A DNA stretch of 56,813 nt, from the NCBI GenBank assembly GCA_031835245.2, contig JAVKOQ020000094.1, positions 124,001 through 180,813 of the forward strand, written 5' to 3'. The notes beneath the pieces were generated by a model that saw nothing but the letters and a program-made list of their open reading frames with translations, searched no databases and was not told the DNA's origin. The DNA is from Balamuthia mandrillaris (taxonomy: Eukaryota). The position numbers and the translations under genes are program-made. This document shows positions 25,033 through 38,572 of this stretch, piece by piece (positions within the stretch are counted from its first letter, which is position 1; every line of letters starts with the position of its first letter).

Positions 25033-28000
25033 TTGTTACACAAATGCACACCACTGGGTCTTCTATAAGCTCACCACCAATCCAAACAACACGACCTGCA
25101 GGAAGGAGAAGTCCAGTCCACCATCATCAGCACAAACTTTTTGAGAGGCTGCTTTGTGGTGCAGAGGCCCGATGGCTCCACCGCTGACTGCGAGCGGTTC
25201 AACGATGCGCTATTGGGTTTGACTCCGCCCTCTGCTTTATTCTCTGCTCACTTTGCTCTTCCCCTCTCTCCCTCTCTGCTCTTTTTCTCACGCTGAAAGG
25301 CAAACCTACTCTGTGGAAAAAAACAGGCTTCTTACAGATCCAATCCAGCGATACAGCATCGGTCCTTCGTGCTTTGGACAAGAAGCAGGAGGATGGGCGT
25401 TACACCATCAAGGAGACCGATAAGGACGGCAATGAGCTCCGCATAGATGACGACGACGCGGGCAGCAGCGGCGGCAGGGCCATTCCCATCAAAGGCAAGG
25501 ACAAGGACCGGATGATACATACCCTTAAGGCTGCCATCTTTGGGGATGAGGAGGTTAAGCCTTTCTTTTTTAAAAACAAACTTCTTCTATCCATCTTGTT
25601 GTTGTTCTTCCTGTGCTCTTCATTCTTCATGGCTGATAAAATTGTTTCGTGCAATAATAGAACAAGGACCTACCACTGCAAGGTGATCTCAAACAAACAG
25701 CAATGGTCATTCTGGACACACTAAAGGCCCTTCGTAAGAACGACGTTGCCGGCAAGATGGACTGGATCAACCGAGGCATCTTTAAAATCCTCATCACGGT
25801 TTGCTTCCTCCCTTTTGTTGTTTCTTTTTGCTCAACAGGTCTAAAACTCTCTTTGCTCTCTTCTTTCCTCCATGTTACAAACAGATCATTCACAAGAACG
25901 GGGATAGCGAGGAGAACATCCCCTTCGTGCAGATCATTCGCCAGTTGATAGCAAGCAATCCAGAAGGCAGCGAGCAATTTTGTCAGCTTCTCTTCCAGCA
26001 TCTCAAAGAGAACGAGACAGAGTGTCTCGGCATGATTAGCGCTCTCTGGCTTTTACTCAAGAGCAAACCGTTTCGCACTGTTCGTCACCTCTCTCTCTCT
26101 CTCTCCCCCTTTTCTTTCTGCTTACGAACAATTTTATTAAGGTGTTTGTGAGGCTGTCTGGAGCAAGCATCATCCAAGACATCTTTTTCAAAGCATCTTA
26201 CGAGCTTATTGGTCAGCAAGTCGGAACAAGCATAGGCAAAGTCTTCAATCGAGCTGTGCGATCAGGCTCCCTTACCTCTCCCCGAACTTCAACTGCTCGA
26301 ACCTCAACGCCTGGCAGCAGTGTATGCTTAGTTGACTTCTCCTTTTTGCTCATTCCTTGATTGTCCTGCTGACCCTAGTGCTGCTTTACCTCCTCATTCG
26401 TATAACAAATAGACGGAGGAAGGTGAAACTACTCCCCGCTCTCCCTCAGCTCCAACCCCCACCACGTGGCGGCACCAAGCCACTTCTGCCACTGCTACCC
26501 CTGGTAATAAATGGAGAAACTCTCGTGCCTCGTTGAAACTCCAATCCTACCAATCCTTGGTGCAGTCAGGTTCTGCCAGCCCTGCCGCCAGCCCCCGTTC
26601 CATGTTTATGCAGGGACCACCAGCCCTCTCTTGTGGCAATCTACGCTCAAGCTCTCCCTCTCCTCCACCTTTCTTCGGCTCTCCATCTCCTCGACCTTCC
26701 TCTCCTCACGGAGGAGTACCTTCAAGCCCTGACTCAGCGAGAAAGAAGCCAGTGGTACCTGTGCTCAACATCCCGAAAAAGGGGAGAGAACAAGCCCTTT
26801 CTTCTCGGTCGAGTCGCAGGCTTTCCAGTATGTTCTCCCAAGGTAGCCAATCCTCTCTCGAAACCCCACAATATCACACCGGCAGTCTTCCAGGTAGGCA
26901 CCAGTCTTCATTCGGTATTTATGCTATTTCGACTTGCCAGCTAATGTTGCTGTAAATAAGCAGATGTACAAACAGAATTTGAGCAAAATGCTGTTCAAGA
27001 ATTTACGACCTTGGCGACGAGCCTTGGAGCTACATGTTTGTATCTCTTTAGCAATCTTCTTATTGATTGTTCTAACGTGCTGTTCTCTCTCTCATCTGTA
27101 GACATGACGGCAGATCTTACGGCATTGATCGCTTTTAAAGAGAACGATAAAGACCTTTCAGCACGAAAGAGCATAAAGCAATTTTCCAGGCCTGTAAGTC
27201 TTCACTAACATACCCCTACTCTCCGTTTGGCTAAACATTAGATAGATTAACGTAAACTCTCCATTCACTAGCAAACTGTGAAGAAAGACGAACATCGTAT
27301 ATCAAGATTCAGAGGTTCTACGACATACAAGATCAAGTGTCACATCCTTCATTCCTTGTCTATCATTACCAGTTATCCTGACCTACGAAAGGTTCATCGT
27401 CTATTGTTTTTTGCTGTTTAGACCGAGTCTTACTCTTTCTCTTCTTTTCAACACAATCAAATAGCAAATCCGGTATCCATTAAACATGCTTTTTTCTGAG
27501 TTGGTGGTTTGCGCAAAGGTTGACCGTAGGGACACGCAGTATCGCAAGCTCATCTATTCCGTGCTGGCAAACTACTCAGAGGAAGTAGAAATTATGCACA
27601 GAGTTAAGTGGAAGGGCTTAACTCGGGCTATGGATGAGGAAGGAATGCTCCACTTTCGTCGTAGGCTCGATACAGTTCTCTTTCGGCTGGACCAGAGACT
27701 TCAAGACACATATCAAAGCCAGGTAATGATATTTTCTGTTTTTACGATCTCGAAAACATACATACTTAGATTATTATTTATGGATGATTCTCTAGCACGT
27801 GGACAACATGGAACTTTATTTATCTCTTCTAGCTGAGTATATACGAAATTGCCCCTCGCGGGTTATTACTGCTCAAGTCATAGACGTTTGTATGGAAACG
27901 CTGTTGCGTGTGAAGGTTTGTCGTCTACCTTCCGTAAACGAAACATTTAGAACATTTGTGCTCACCCACGGCTACAGTATGTCATATTCAATCGTGGCAA

Positions 28001-31000
28001 GATAACCTCAGAGAAACTCAAGTTAGTGCGGGTGTTTCATCGCCTACTGGAAGTCTTTGATGAGCTTGCTGCGCATAACCGGCATGGCCCCACAAACGAA
28101 TTGTTGTTGGACCTCCTTGTGGACTTAAATGAGAACAATTTTCAATTCATCAAAATGTATGCAAAGGAAGTGCTGCTGAACACAAAGTTGGAGAAGAAAA
28201 TACAGGAAAGCTCCGATGATGGAGAGTCTTTGTTGGACGAATATAGGATACGGATCATGCAGCATTACTCAGTACGATGCCTCGCGCACGCGCGCTCTCT
28301 CTCTCTCTCTCTCTCTCTGTATGGTGCACAGGCTGAGCCTGCCTTTACACTCACCCAGGTTTGTGTGGACATGATCAACCTAAAATTTGATTTGTTGGAT
28401 GAAGAGGAGGCAAGCAAAGGTGGAAGAGGAGGAGCAGTAGGAGAAGGCGGTGGTAAATTCCAGGATCTACTATTAAGAGACAACTACAACCTCATTATGC
28501 AAAAACTCGAGTTTCTGATTCTTCCGGTACATCAGCTCTCACTCTCGCGTGTTTGGCATACATTGATATCTTATATCCTCATTCCATTTCAGACAGGATA
28601 CATAATGCAATTTTTGACAACGGGCTCGGACTATCATAATCTACCAGTCAAGGTGGAAATGCTTCGCTTTCTCATAAAAATGTTCGAAAATCCTCGCTCT
28701 CCATTTGTGACCAAGAAGCTTTACGTTGGCACTTTTATCAAGTGCGTTAATTCTAGCTCTATAGAAGTTATTGCATTTACTGACTATTTGCCTCCGTTTG
28801 TTCAGCTTTCATTACATCAGATTCATCAAGCTTTACAACAGCAACAAGTGGGATCCTTCTACAACCGAATTGTGTAAACTGCATCTCATGTCCTTACTTG
28901 CCTTTGCGAAGCACAAGAACAAGAGGATAGTGATGAAGTTTTACCAGTTAAAGGCTATGGATTATCTCGTCCGTATGATAACGCTGGAATATGAGATCAA
29001 CCTCAACCGAGAAAAGTTCATTGAGAAGCAGGCAAATCAAGACAAGGAAAATAGCGGCACTGCATCTCCTCGGGACCCTTCTTCTCCGCGTGGTGCAAAA
29101 CGAAGGGCTCAAAATAAGAAACAAGGAAAAGGAGGTCTGGCGCGCGGCAGTTCTCGTATGCAGCTAGCTTCATCACCAGGAGAGTTTTTGTTGAAGCAAG
29201 CGCAACTCGAGCACAGCAGTAACAATTTGAATACAAGAAAGCAGCAACAAACAACCGCGAATGTGTCAACACAAAACGGGCTGGCTTCTCCAAAACTTGG
29301 TATTCGCCTTTCTTTAAACTTAGCAGGTCTACAAAAAGGTGGTGCTTCCACGGTTCCACCTAACAACAACCAAAATTCAATCGCCAATGCAAAAGCTTCC
29401 CCTTCATCCTCATCCTCTTCAGACACAGAATCGGACGAAGATAAGGCGGCAGATGAAGGAAAGACCGGCGAGGATAAGAACAAGGAACCGGACGAAGAGG
29501 AAGATAAGGAGGAAGAAAGCAGTGGCACTGAGACAGAAAGTGAAAGCAGCAGCGATGAAAGTAGCAGCTCGGATGAGGATGAATCGGAATCCAGCACGCC
29601 ATCAAAGCCACAACTTTTTCTCAACCTGTCCGGCCTCACCAAAGGATCAAAGATACTGCCACCCCAATCTCCGCTTCGCAATTCCTCTCCTGGTGTTTCC
29701 AACGCAAAACAAGCAAGCAGCGGCAATAAGCACGAACCACTGCCTTCATCCTCTTTTGCTACCACTGCTTCCTCTTCTCTACCTGTTTCTTCAAGCTCTC
29801 CAGTGATAGTCAAAAAGCCCTCGCTTGCTCTCAACTTGAGCGGACTACAGAAGGGCTCCGTGATCCGAACCTCATCAGGAAGTGCTCGAGGGGATAACAA
29901 GCTTGGAAGTTCGAATGACACGTCATCTGCGACGAAAGACCTCGGAGAACTTTCCTCTAACAGCGAGAAGGAGAAGGAAAAGAGCAAGCCCAATGGCCTG
30001 CCACTTGGTAAAGGCTTTTCGTTGGATCTAACGGGATTGGAGAAAGGATCTAAAATTGGCGGAGTTGGAGGCGGTGGTGGAAGCAAGATATTGGTGCCAC
30101 CATCTCAACCAAATGACCAACGCGGCCAAAAGACCCAGGACAATGTGCACTCCGACGATGAAGATGGTACAACAAGCAGCGAAGAGGAGGAAGGAAGCAG
30201 CGAAGGTGATACAGGAAGTGAAGATAGCAGTGAGGACACCAGTGAGGGCGAGAACAAGGGGGCAAGTGTTGCTGCTGCTGAAAATGGACCCAAGTGGGTT
30301 GCGAAACGGCCACAAGCAGCACCTGCCAAAGCTAGCACTCCTTCCTTCATTCCTATTCTTAACCTAACGGACGTTCGCAAGGACAACCCTAAAAACCTCC
30401 TCAACAACAAGAAAGACAAAGCCGTGGAACAAGTTGTTCAGCCCGCTGCTGTCGCCACAGACCGGAACGAGAGCAATGGAGGGCCGCCACCCAACAGCTC
30501 TTCTTCAGTTTCTTCCTTTGCAAATGTCACTTCGAAGCCTTTGAAAACACGGCACGACCGCAAGATCACCAGCAATGACCCTCCCAACGCCCCTCCTCCC
30601 AGACATTCTTCCTCTGCTGCCCCAGATCGTAAACTCAGCAACCCAGAGGCGCTCTCTGACTCAGAGACATTGCAGATTATGGAGGACATTGACCCCACCT
30701 TCAAGGGCTTTCTCAGCAATCTCTTTGAGTCCAAGATGACAGCTGAGGATCCAAAGCTACAATTGCTGTTTGGAGGGGCTGGTGCTAGAACTAGCCTCAA
30801 TCAGGATGCAGCATATCTCTACCGTACTACCAGCCAAAGCACCCTCAGCCCTGATGAGCTCATCATTGAAAATCAGCTGTATCTGCGTGAAAGAGAAGAT
30901 AGAAAGCTCTACCATGATCCTGATTTGCATATCACGGCCCTTTTGCTTATTTTCAGCCTCATGTTGTCCCCCAAGTACGTGTTTAAGCCGGTTTCTTTAA

Positions 31001-31785
31001 ATTTAAAACGCTTGACTTATGAATTTTACAAAGTGATACTTTGGAGTCTCTTTACAACGACCAGTTTCCGCTCAACAACAAAAAGTTGAACATTCCGTTC
31101 TATCTAAGCATGCGTACGTAATTGGTTTTAATTCCCAGTTTCCATCAACTCCTGCTCATTAGCCATATTACACTAGATATTAACCATCCAGCAAACGCTG
31201 GCATCATCCCCGAGTTGACATCGAAGACGCTGGAGCTTGGCACTTCACCGTTTCGGCTGCTCAAGCTGCTGTGCAAGCAGCTCTATGATACCTCCATCTT
31301 CAAGAACATGCAGCGGATAGGCTTAGGTACATATGGCTCAGTCTATAGAGCCTATCTCGAGTCGGAGAAGATGGAAGTGGCCGTTAAGCTCATGCAAGTG
31401 CCAAAGAGCATTCACGACCGTTGTGTCTTGCACGACATATTTACCGAGATATTGGTAATGGACATGTACAAAAAAGACGAACGCGTTGTTCATCTGTGCG
31501 TATTTTTTCCCATTTGCGAGCTTTTATTTTCTTTGTCCCTTACCTTCAATGTTTAACCTGCACCTGTCCTTTTGCTTTTAGATTTGATTATGGAGTGGAT
31601 GACGAGCATTATTGGATAGTAATGCGCTTGTACAAGGACAGTCTGAAGGGATGGGTTAAGCATCAGAATCCTGATGCCCCGTTCTATGAGACTCTTCCCC
31701 TTTATCTCAACATTTTCGAGAAAGTTCTCACCACAATGAAGTTTCTCAGCGAATGTCGTATCCTTTTATTTTTTCATGTAGCTCG

Positions 31786-31828
<43 letters not shown>

Positions 31829-32704
31829 AATAATTTTTTTTGTATTGATACTTACATCGGATTGCAAAGATGTAAATCACTACGACCTGAAGTGCGACAA
31901 CTTCTTATGTCATCCCATCAATCCGGATACTCCTGACGAAGACTTTTATGAACAACTGAATGATCAACCGAACTTCAGCGTTTGTCTAGCAGGTGAGGAA
32001 TTTGTATTTTTCTTTCCAGCTTTCTTCTCTTCTGTTCTGAATTATCAGGTCCATCGCTCACCAAATCTTTTGTTTTCTCACCCTTCTTATTGATGTCCAC
32101 TTCATGAAACCGCAGACTTTGGAGAGGCTAAATACTACACAACACCTGAAGAGGGATACACCACCCGCAATCGTGGCACGGAGCTAATCAAAAGCCCCGA
32201 GATGCTCCGTGTTGCCTACGCTAGCCAAAAAGAGAAGGATTCTTATGACAGAAGAAAGAAGGTATAGCCTTTTTCTCCCTCTATCTTTTCTTCCGTTGCT
32301 TATCACGTTTGCGACAGGTGGGAGCGAACTCGGCCAGCGACATTTGGTCGTTGGGCTGTCTATTGTTCGAGTTGTTGACGGGGCAGTTCCTGTTTTTGGA
32401 CAAGGACCCTTGCCACTTCTTCATCCGTGTGACATGCCCTGGGCAGGTACTGTACAGCTTATTCCTCTGTAATGTATAAACTTACCCACATTATTTGGTA
32501 AATCCTGGTATTTGTAGGAACTCATTACCAAAGAAAAGAAAGCTATGATCGAAAACGAGCAGCTCCTGATCGACCTCATAGAATACATGCTCTTCAGGGA
32601 TCACCTATTGCGGCCAACCATAGATGACGTGATCATGCGGTTCAGAACGGTTAAGCCCCAACTCCTGGAAAAAGCGAAACGATATTCCAACAAGCATCAG
32701 TACT

Positions 32705-32749
<45 letters not shown>

Positions 32750-34173
32750 GCTTCTCTTTTGGAGGAGTGTTTAATAACAATGGAATTTTGCATGATTGCT
32801 TGCAGTGGAGAATTAGAGCATATGCTAGCCCCTAACAGAGGAAGGAGCAACTCCTTTACGAAGCAGCTATATGATAGCCTTTGTGTGTCTAGCGTCAACT
32901 CGGTGCGAGAGCGAAAGGGTTCCCGTTCGGAGGATAACAGATCCCAACCCAGCACCCAAAACAACTCGCCCTCATCCTCACTTCGAAGTAGCCACACTGC
33001 AGCCTCAGGAACTAATTCCAACGATAGCACTCCCAAAGCCACCACTGTGGAGCATATCAATCGTAGAGAAATCGTCATTCCCAGCGATGTCACCGGATAC
33101 TTTATCGAGCACTGCAGCAAAATTGTTGACCGGCTCTACGTTGGATCTTACTGCGTTGCCTCTCAAAAGTCATTGCTTAGAGACCAACTCGATATCCTTC
33201 TGAGCCTTCTCTCCTCCCTCTCATTCCTTGCCTTTTTTTCCTTAACTCTTTCACACGTATCACGCATATTGTGAATTGTACAGGAGCCCCCAATGTCCAC
33301 GAAGAGCACTTTAAGTACCTACATGTCAAGCTATTGGATGATCCCTACCAAGACATCCTCTCCCACGTGCACGAGGTCATCGCCTTCATCCGTAAGGCTT
33401 TGGTCAAGAAGGGCAACGTCCTCATCTACAGCGAGAAAGGTGTCTCTCGCTCTGCTGCCATGGCCATCGTCTACCTCATGGAGACTCGACGGATGAACTA
33501 CTTTGAGGCCTTTGTCTTTGTGAAGGAGAGGAGATACATCATCCAACCCAACCGTGGATTCGTACGACAGCTGGCCGCATGGGGAGAGAACATGGTCAAG
33601 CAGCTCAATCTGAGCATTAACAAGCAACAGTTCCAATGCATTTGTAAGGCTACCGTGTTCTCCCTCTTCTCTGCTTTGAACCTCAACGAGGATGGCAAAG
33701 ACAGCGACGTCAAGCCATGTTGCTGCCGTGTATGTTTATGTTTCTCTTCTTTACTTCTCCTCTCTCCGTTTCTTGTTTTTTCTAACCAGAATGTTTGTTA
33801 TACTTTATAGGATGCCTCGAGTTCATCCTGCCCCAACATTATATCTTGTTTCGATTTTTTGGAAGTCATGAAAGAAAAATACCACATGCGAGGGCGCACC
33901 CTGAACTGGGGCTACACCGACCTTTCCAACGTGTTTGGCGACTTTAAGCGCACGACCAAGGAATGCAAGTCCCCTGCTTTGTCCGTCCATCGAAAAAAGT
34001 GGAAGGTCTTCAAGTGCAGCACCTGCGGATTCATCACCCATGCCCTGCCTCTAAAACCGCCCTTCCCCTCCAACCCACCCCAAGAGCACGCGCAGTGTAT
34101 AGCTATCGTCACCAACAACAACAGCCCAGCAGCTGCAACCGACATTCCCCGGCAAGTTCCACTGTCTGTTTAG
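24182..34173 (+). CDS. Large multidomain protein: helical N-terminus, low-complexity linker, protein kinase, dual-specificity-phosphatase-like domain and Cys/His tail
   Basis: Kinase motifs GLGTYGSV, VAVK, HYDLKCDN, DFGEAK, GTELIKSPE and DIWSLG. DSP motifs IVDRLYVGS, GITHIVNC, VLIYSEKGVSRSA and IQPNRGFVRQL. The exon chain appears continuous but was not fully verified in the 5' half. Confidence 0.8.
31758..31869 (+). other. GT-AG intron with perfect U12 donor GTATCCTTT
   Basis: TGT C|GTATCCTTTT...GCAAAG|AT GTA AAT CAC TAC GAC restores the catalytic loop. The branch site is degenerate (TACTTAC). Confidence 0.65.
33192..33256 (+). other. U12-type AT-AC intron (65 nt)
   Basis: Donor ATATCCTT, branch TTCCTTAAC at 33238-33246, acceptor CAC. 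Removal restores the conserved DSP motif QLGITHIVNC. Confidence 0.95.
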
Positions 34174-34369
34174 ACTTCCTTCCAAAACGAACACACCCTC
34201 CGCTTTATGCCACCACCACCTCAACATCAAGCCAAGCCCACGCCATGGATTGAATCGTCAGAGCAGGAGAACTAAGGAACCTCCACAACGTATACCCTGA
34301 AAGCCTTTTTCGTTGGCAACAAAAAAAAATTCAAGATATCATCTCTATCGCGTCGTCCCGACGACAGGC

Positions 34370-34562
34370 CTTGCTAGGCAACAACAACGGGCCGTTTCCA
34401 TGGCGGCCGGTTTCCACCAGCCAAGCGGAAGGGAGAAAAAAAAGCGCAGCAACCAACCAGAGGGGGAAAAAAAAAACGATAGGCGCACAACCAACGCAGC
34501 GCGGGGTGGCTGGCTTTGGTTGGTTGTTGTGGGATACCTACCGCACCGTCTCCCGTGGAAAC
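34370..34562. promoter_or_regulatory. Cluster of X-box-like RFX sites upstream of the RFX gene
   Basis: CTTGCTAGGCAAC (34370), GTTTCCATGGCGGC (34394), GTTGTTGTGGGATAC (34523) and GTCTCCCGTGGAAAC (34548), compared with consensus GTNRCC(N0-3)RGYAAC. Confidence 0.55.
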
Positions 34563-34835
34563 CGTACATCCACCCAAAGGCGACCGTTATATCCGTCAGC
34601 AGGTGCGCTTGATTGTGTTTGGAGAGATGAGCTTCTTCTTCTTTTCTTTCGCTTCCCCCCTCGCCACACTTTGAACGTTGTGTGATTTGTGCCGCCATCT
34701 GCAATCCTGCATGAAGAAGGGGAACAGCAGAAAGGACAAAGCCTAACGAGAGCTTCTGCTCTTTTTGCAGTATTTTTTTTTAAACTAAAGTAGGTGCCGA
34801 CGCCTCCCTCGCGACAGAGTAGGCACCATCAAGAG

Positions 34836-37800
34836 ATGCAAGAGGTTGCATTGCCCGCTGAAGCTCCGGAGGGCAGCCGCAGCTCAGAGAAAGGGCTTGC
34901 ACCTCATCGTCATCTTCGGGAAGGCGAAGCCATCAAGGAAGGAGAAAGTTCCCACTCCACGCCGTCGAGTCTTGAGAGAGGGGCTCCAGCAACAGCGACG
35001 ACAACAGGACAGAAGAGAACGGCAGGTGAGGCCTTTGCTTTTGCTCCACCGTCTTCTTCTCCATTCAACGAAGGGGAACCTTCGCAAAGAGGAGAAGGTG
35101 CAGGGGGAGAAAGAAGAATGGAGGAAGCAGAAAGAGGAGAAGAGCGAACGCCTGCTACAGAGGATGTAAAGTCCGCTACCAACGTCATGCATGACACGCA
35201 CCATGCTGACCTTACTTCCCCAAAAGCATCCTCCAGATTGGTCTACAAATGGTGCGTACTTTTTGCTTCGGTAGAACACCACGTCTGCCTCTCTCTTTCT
35301 CTCTTCTCTCTCTGTCTCGCTCTCGCTCTCTTCACTTCTCGACTCTGATTCGCTCTCTTCTGCTCTCTTGGGTTGGCTTCAGCTCCTCTTTTGCTCTTTC
35401 ATTTTTTTGTTAACATTCACCTAAAGGTTGAAGGAAAACTATGAAACAGCAGAGGAGTCGAGCCTCCCAAGAAGTGCACTCTTTGACCATTACCTCCAGT
35501 TTTGCGAGGAGGAGGGGCTGGAATCCATCAATGCGGCCAGCTTTGGAAAGCTCATACGCACTATCTTTCCACAGCTCAAAACGCGTCGCTTGGGCACGCG
35601 AGGTAACTCCAAGTATCATTACTATGGCATTCGCATCAAACCAACCTCGAAACTAGCCTCTCCTACCTCCGATGATTCGACTTCTTCCTCTTCCTCCACT
35701 TCTCCCTCGTCTTCTTCAACTACTGGCCACAAACGAAAGTCTTCTCACAAGAAAGAGTCTGCTACTAGCAGAGGACGCCAATCAACATCCTCCTCAAAGA
35801 AAGCCAAGTCTCAACAATCGTCTGCCTTGCCTCTTGGGTAATTTATTTATTTCTTTTACTCCCCTTTCATTTTTTGTTTTTGAGATTACTGTGATGCTTA
35901 CTGGCATTTTACAGCATTATACCGGTGGAGGATGGCATACCTGGTCTGAATGCAGCATCCTTTGCAACGATACCCACCATAAACACGAAGCAACTTCCGG
36001 ATTTTGTGGATGTGGACCACAACTCCTTGCCTCCAGATCTTTCCCATGAGCTTGTACAGAGTTTTATGAGACTCTATCAAGCTCATTGCCAACACATTTT
36101 GGACACAATCAGCGGACAAAATCTGATGGATCTTAAGCAAGTGCTGAGTCACTTTTGGCAGGGATTGTCTCCTCAGTTCAATCCTCTTTTATCTTCGGAG
36201 GACTTTGCCAAAGAGATATGTGACAAGGATCACCTCCTTTATACGGTTAGCGCTTTTTTTCTCTCTGCTCTGCTCTCTGCTCCCCCCTCTCTTACATTTC
36301 TTTCTGAATGGCTCGTCAGATTATCATCAATGCATTGATACCAAACGTCTTGCAAGAACTGCCGCTGAATGTGTATATGGTTCGTGATTTCAGCAAAAAC
36401 TTTGAGACATGGCTATCTATGGCTCTGGAAGGTCTTCCTACAATTTTGTGTGCTCAAAAGCTTCACGGTATGCATTAACTGGTAATTTGTTTTGCGCCCT
36501 CTGTTCATGAACTCTCTTTCCATTCTGTAGTTTGCAGCAAGTTTACACAAACGCTACGGAAGCATGCCTGTCTAAACCACTTGGCACAAGCATCTAGGCA
36601 AGTCCTAAATGCCCAGAACGGGACCCATATTGCTCAAATGTTGGCTGATTGGGAAGCAATAGACTTTAGCTTCATTGCCACCCAGGCTGATTGGCTTTGT
36701 CCTGCTGGCGAGGAAACGGCTGCTTTGTGTATGTACCAGTTAAAAACTTTGTTTATCAAACTTATATTTTTGTTACATGATTACAGTACAAGAGGAGTTT
36801 AGACACTTTTTGCAGCAGCGGTGCGAGATAGAGCAATGGGCGCACTGGTTGCAAACCGTTGTTGACCGCTTTCTCAAGGTTAGATCAACCCTTTGATTTG
36901 GATTGATGAATCTCACCATAGCAATTGAATCATATTCAGAAATGCATCGATCTTCGCCAATTAGGTTTGTCCTCCCAACAACTTCTGCTCAAGTGGTCGT
37001 TCTACAATTCTCTCATCATACGAGACCTTACTATACGGAATGCTTCAACCTTTGGTTCGTTGTCCCTCCCGTTCCTTTCTGTTATGTTTTCAATCTTTTT
37101 ACCTTCTTTTTAATGATTTTTTTTGTTAATGCTAACGTACTTTTGTTTCACAATAGGTTCATTTCATGTATTGCGCACTTTCTTTGATGAATACCTTGCT
37201 TATACAGTGGAACAACGATTGTACATGTATCACACCCAAACTCCCTACTTGCACGAAGAAGCAACCAACAGAGTGCCTGCTGCAATGATTCCAACTTCTG
37301 CTCCTACCAGTAGCAATAACACCAAAGCAACTAGCACCTATCATCCTCACCGTTCTCCCTCGCCCCCCTACAACACACAGCGACCATCCTCTCCGTCCTC
37401 GCTAACCTCCGTAACGCCTCGCCTTATCAACAACACCTCTCCTCTTCCTCCTCCGGCCACCACCGCTATCTCCGCTACCACCACAATACCAACCGCCTCC
37501 ACAACAACGACAGTCGCCTCACGGGAGGAAGTCTCTTCCTCTCCTTCCCTCTCTTCTTCGTCTTTGCCTCCGTCTGGCATTGCCAGCCCAAAATCAAAAC
37601 TCGTATCTCCTTCCTCAGCTTCATCCTCTTCCTCCTCTTCAATGATGCATCCCCCCTCTACCACCAACAACGTGGTTTTAGTTAACAGCAGGACACCAAC
37701 AACAGTAGCAGCTGCTGGTGGAAGTGGAGGCAGTGGCCAATGGTTATCTCCTTCTGTTGCGGAGGGGGGACCTGGCGGTGATAGCTTGCCCTTGTTAGGA

Positions 37801-38418
37801 AGTTATTATCCACCAATCCCTCCCTCTTCGACTAGCTCTACCGCCGCTGCCTCCAGCAACAACATCAATGACGGTGCCGGGTTCTTTGACGGCTTTGCGA
37901 GGGCGCCTTCCTTCAGCAACGGTCTTCCCAGCTACTTCCTTCCATCCTCCTCCAAGGCCAGCTTCTCTTTGGAGCCCGGTGTCATGGACGTGGTGGGCGT
38001 GGGTGGTGCCTCCGCGCTAACATCTTCCTCTTTCCGTAAGCCCAGTTTTGGCAGCTTTGGCTCGTTTTCCTCCGAGTTTACACGCAGTCTCTTTCGCAGC
38101 AGCTTTGATCGGAGCGGCAGCATTGATAGAGGAAGCCTCGATCGGGAATGCATGCCTCAGCTGTTTCTCAACCTCAGCACACCTCACATCAACTTCAACT
38201 CTTTTTCTGCGCCTTTAGAAAAGGAGCAGGACTCCACCGCTTCACTGCACAACAACTCAGCAGCCTCCCCCTCCACCACCTCTTCTTCCTCCCCCTCCAT
38301 CACAACTGCCGATTCTTCTTATCGCGGGGATTCTTCGCGCTCCTCTACCACCACCACCACCACCACCAGCGCTTCCTCTTCCTCTCCTTCTGCCCCCACC
38401 AACAACGTGCCAACCTGA
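34836..38418 (+). CDS. RFX: RFX winged-helix transcription factor with B, C and dimerisation regions
   Basis: DNA-binding domain [45 protein letters not shown]. Also [17 protein letters not shown] and [32 protein letters not shown]. Confidence 0.93.
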
Positions 38419-38572
38419 AGCCCTTCTCTCTCTTTCTTGGCTCTTTTTTTTTTCCGTTGTTGCATAAATACTTCACGTCGACGTGAGTGTCTATTCTCAA
38501 GACGACACGAGATTTTAACCAAAAAAAACACAAAGGGAAGGAAGAAGGCCAGAGAGAGCCAAGAAGAAGAAG

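Noticed and set aside
29109..30086. 325-aa antisense ORF
   Set aside because: It is the shadow of the low-complexity sense exon of the kinase gene.
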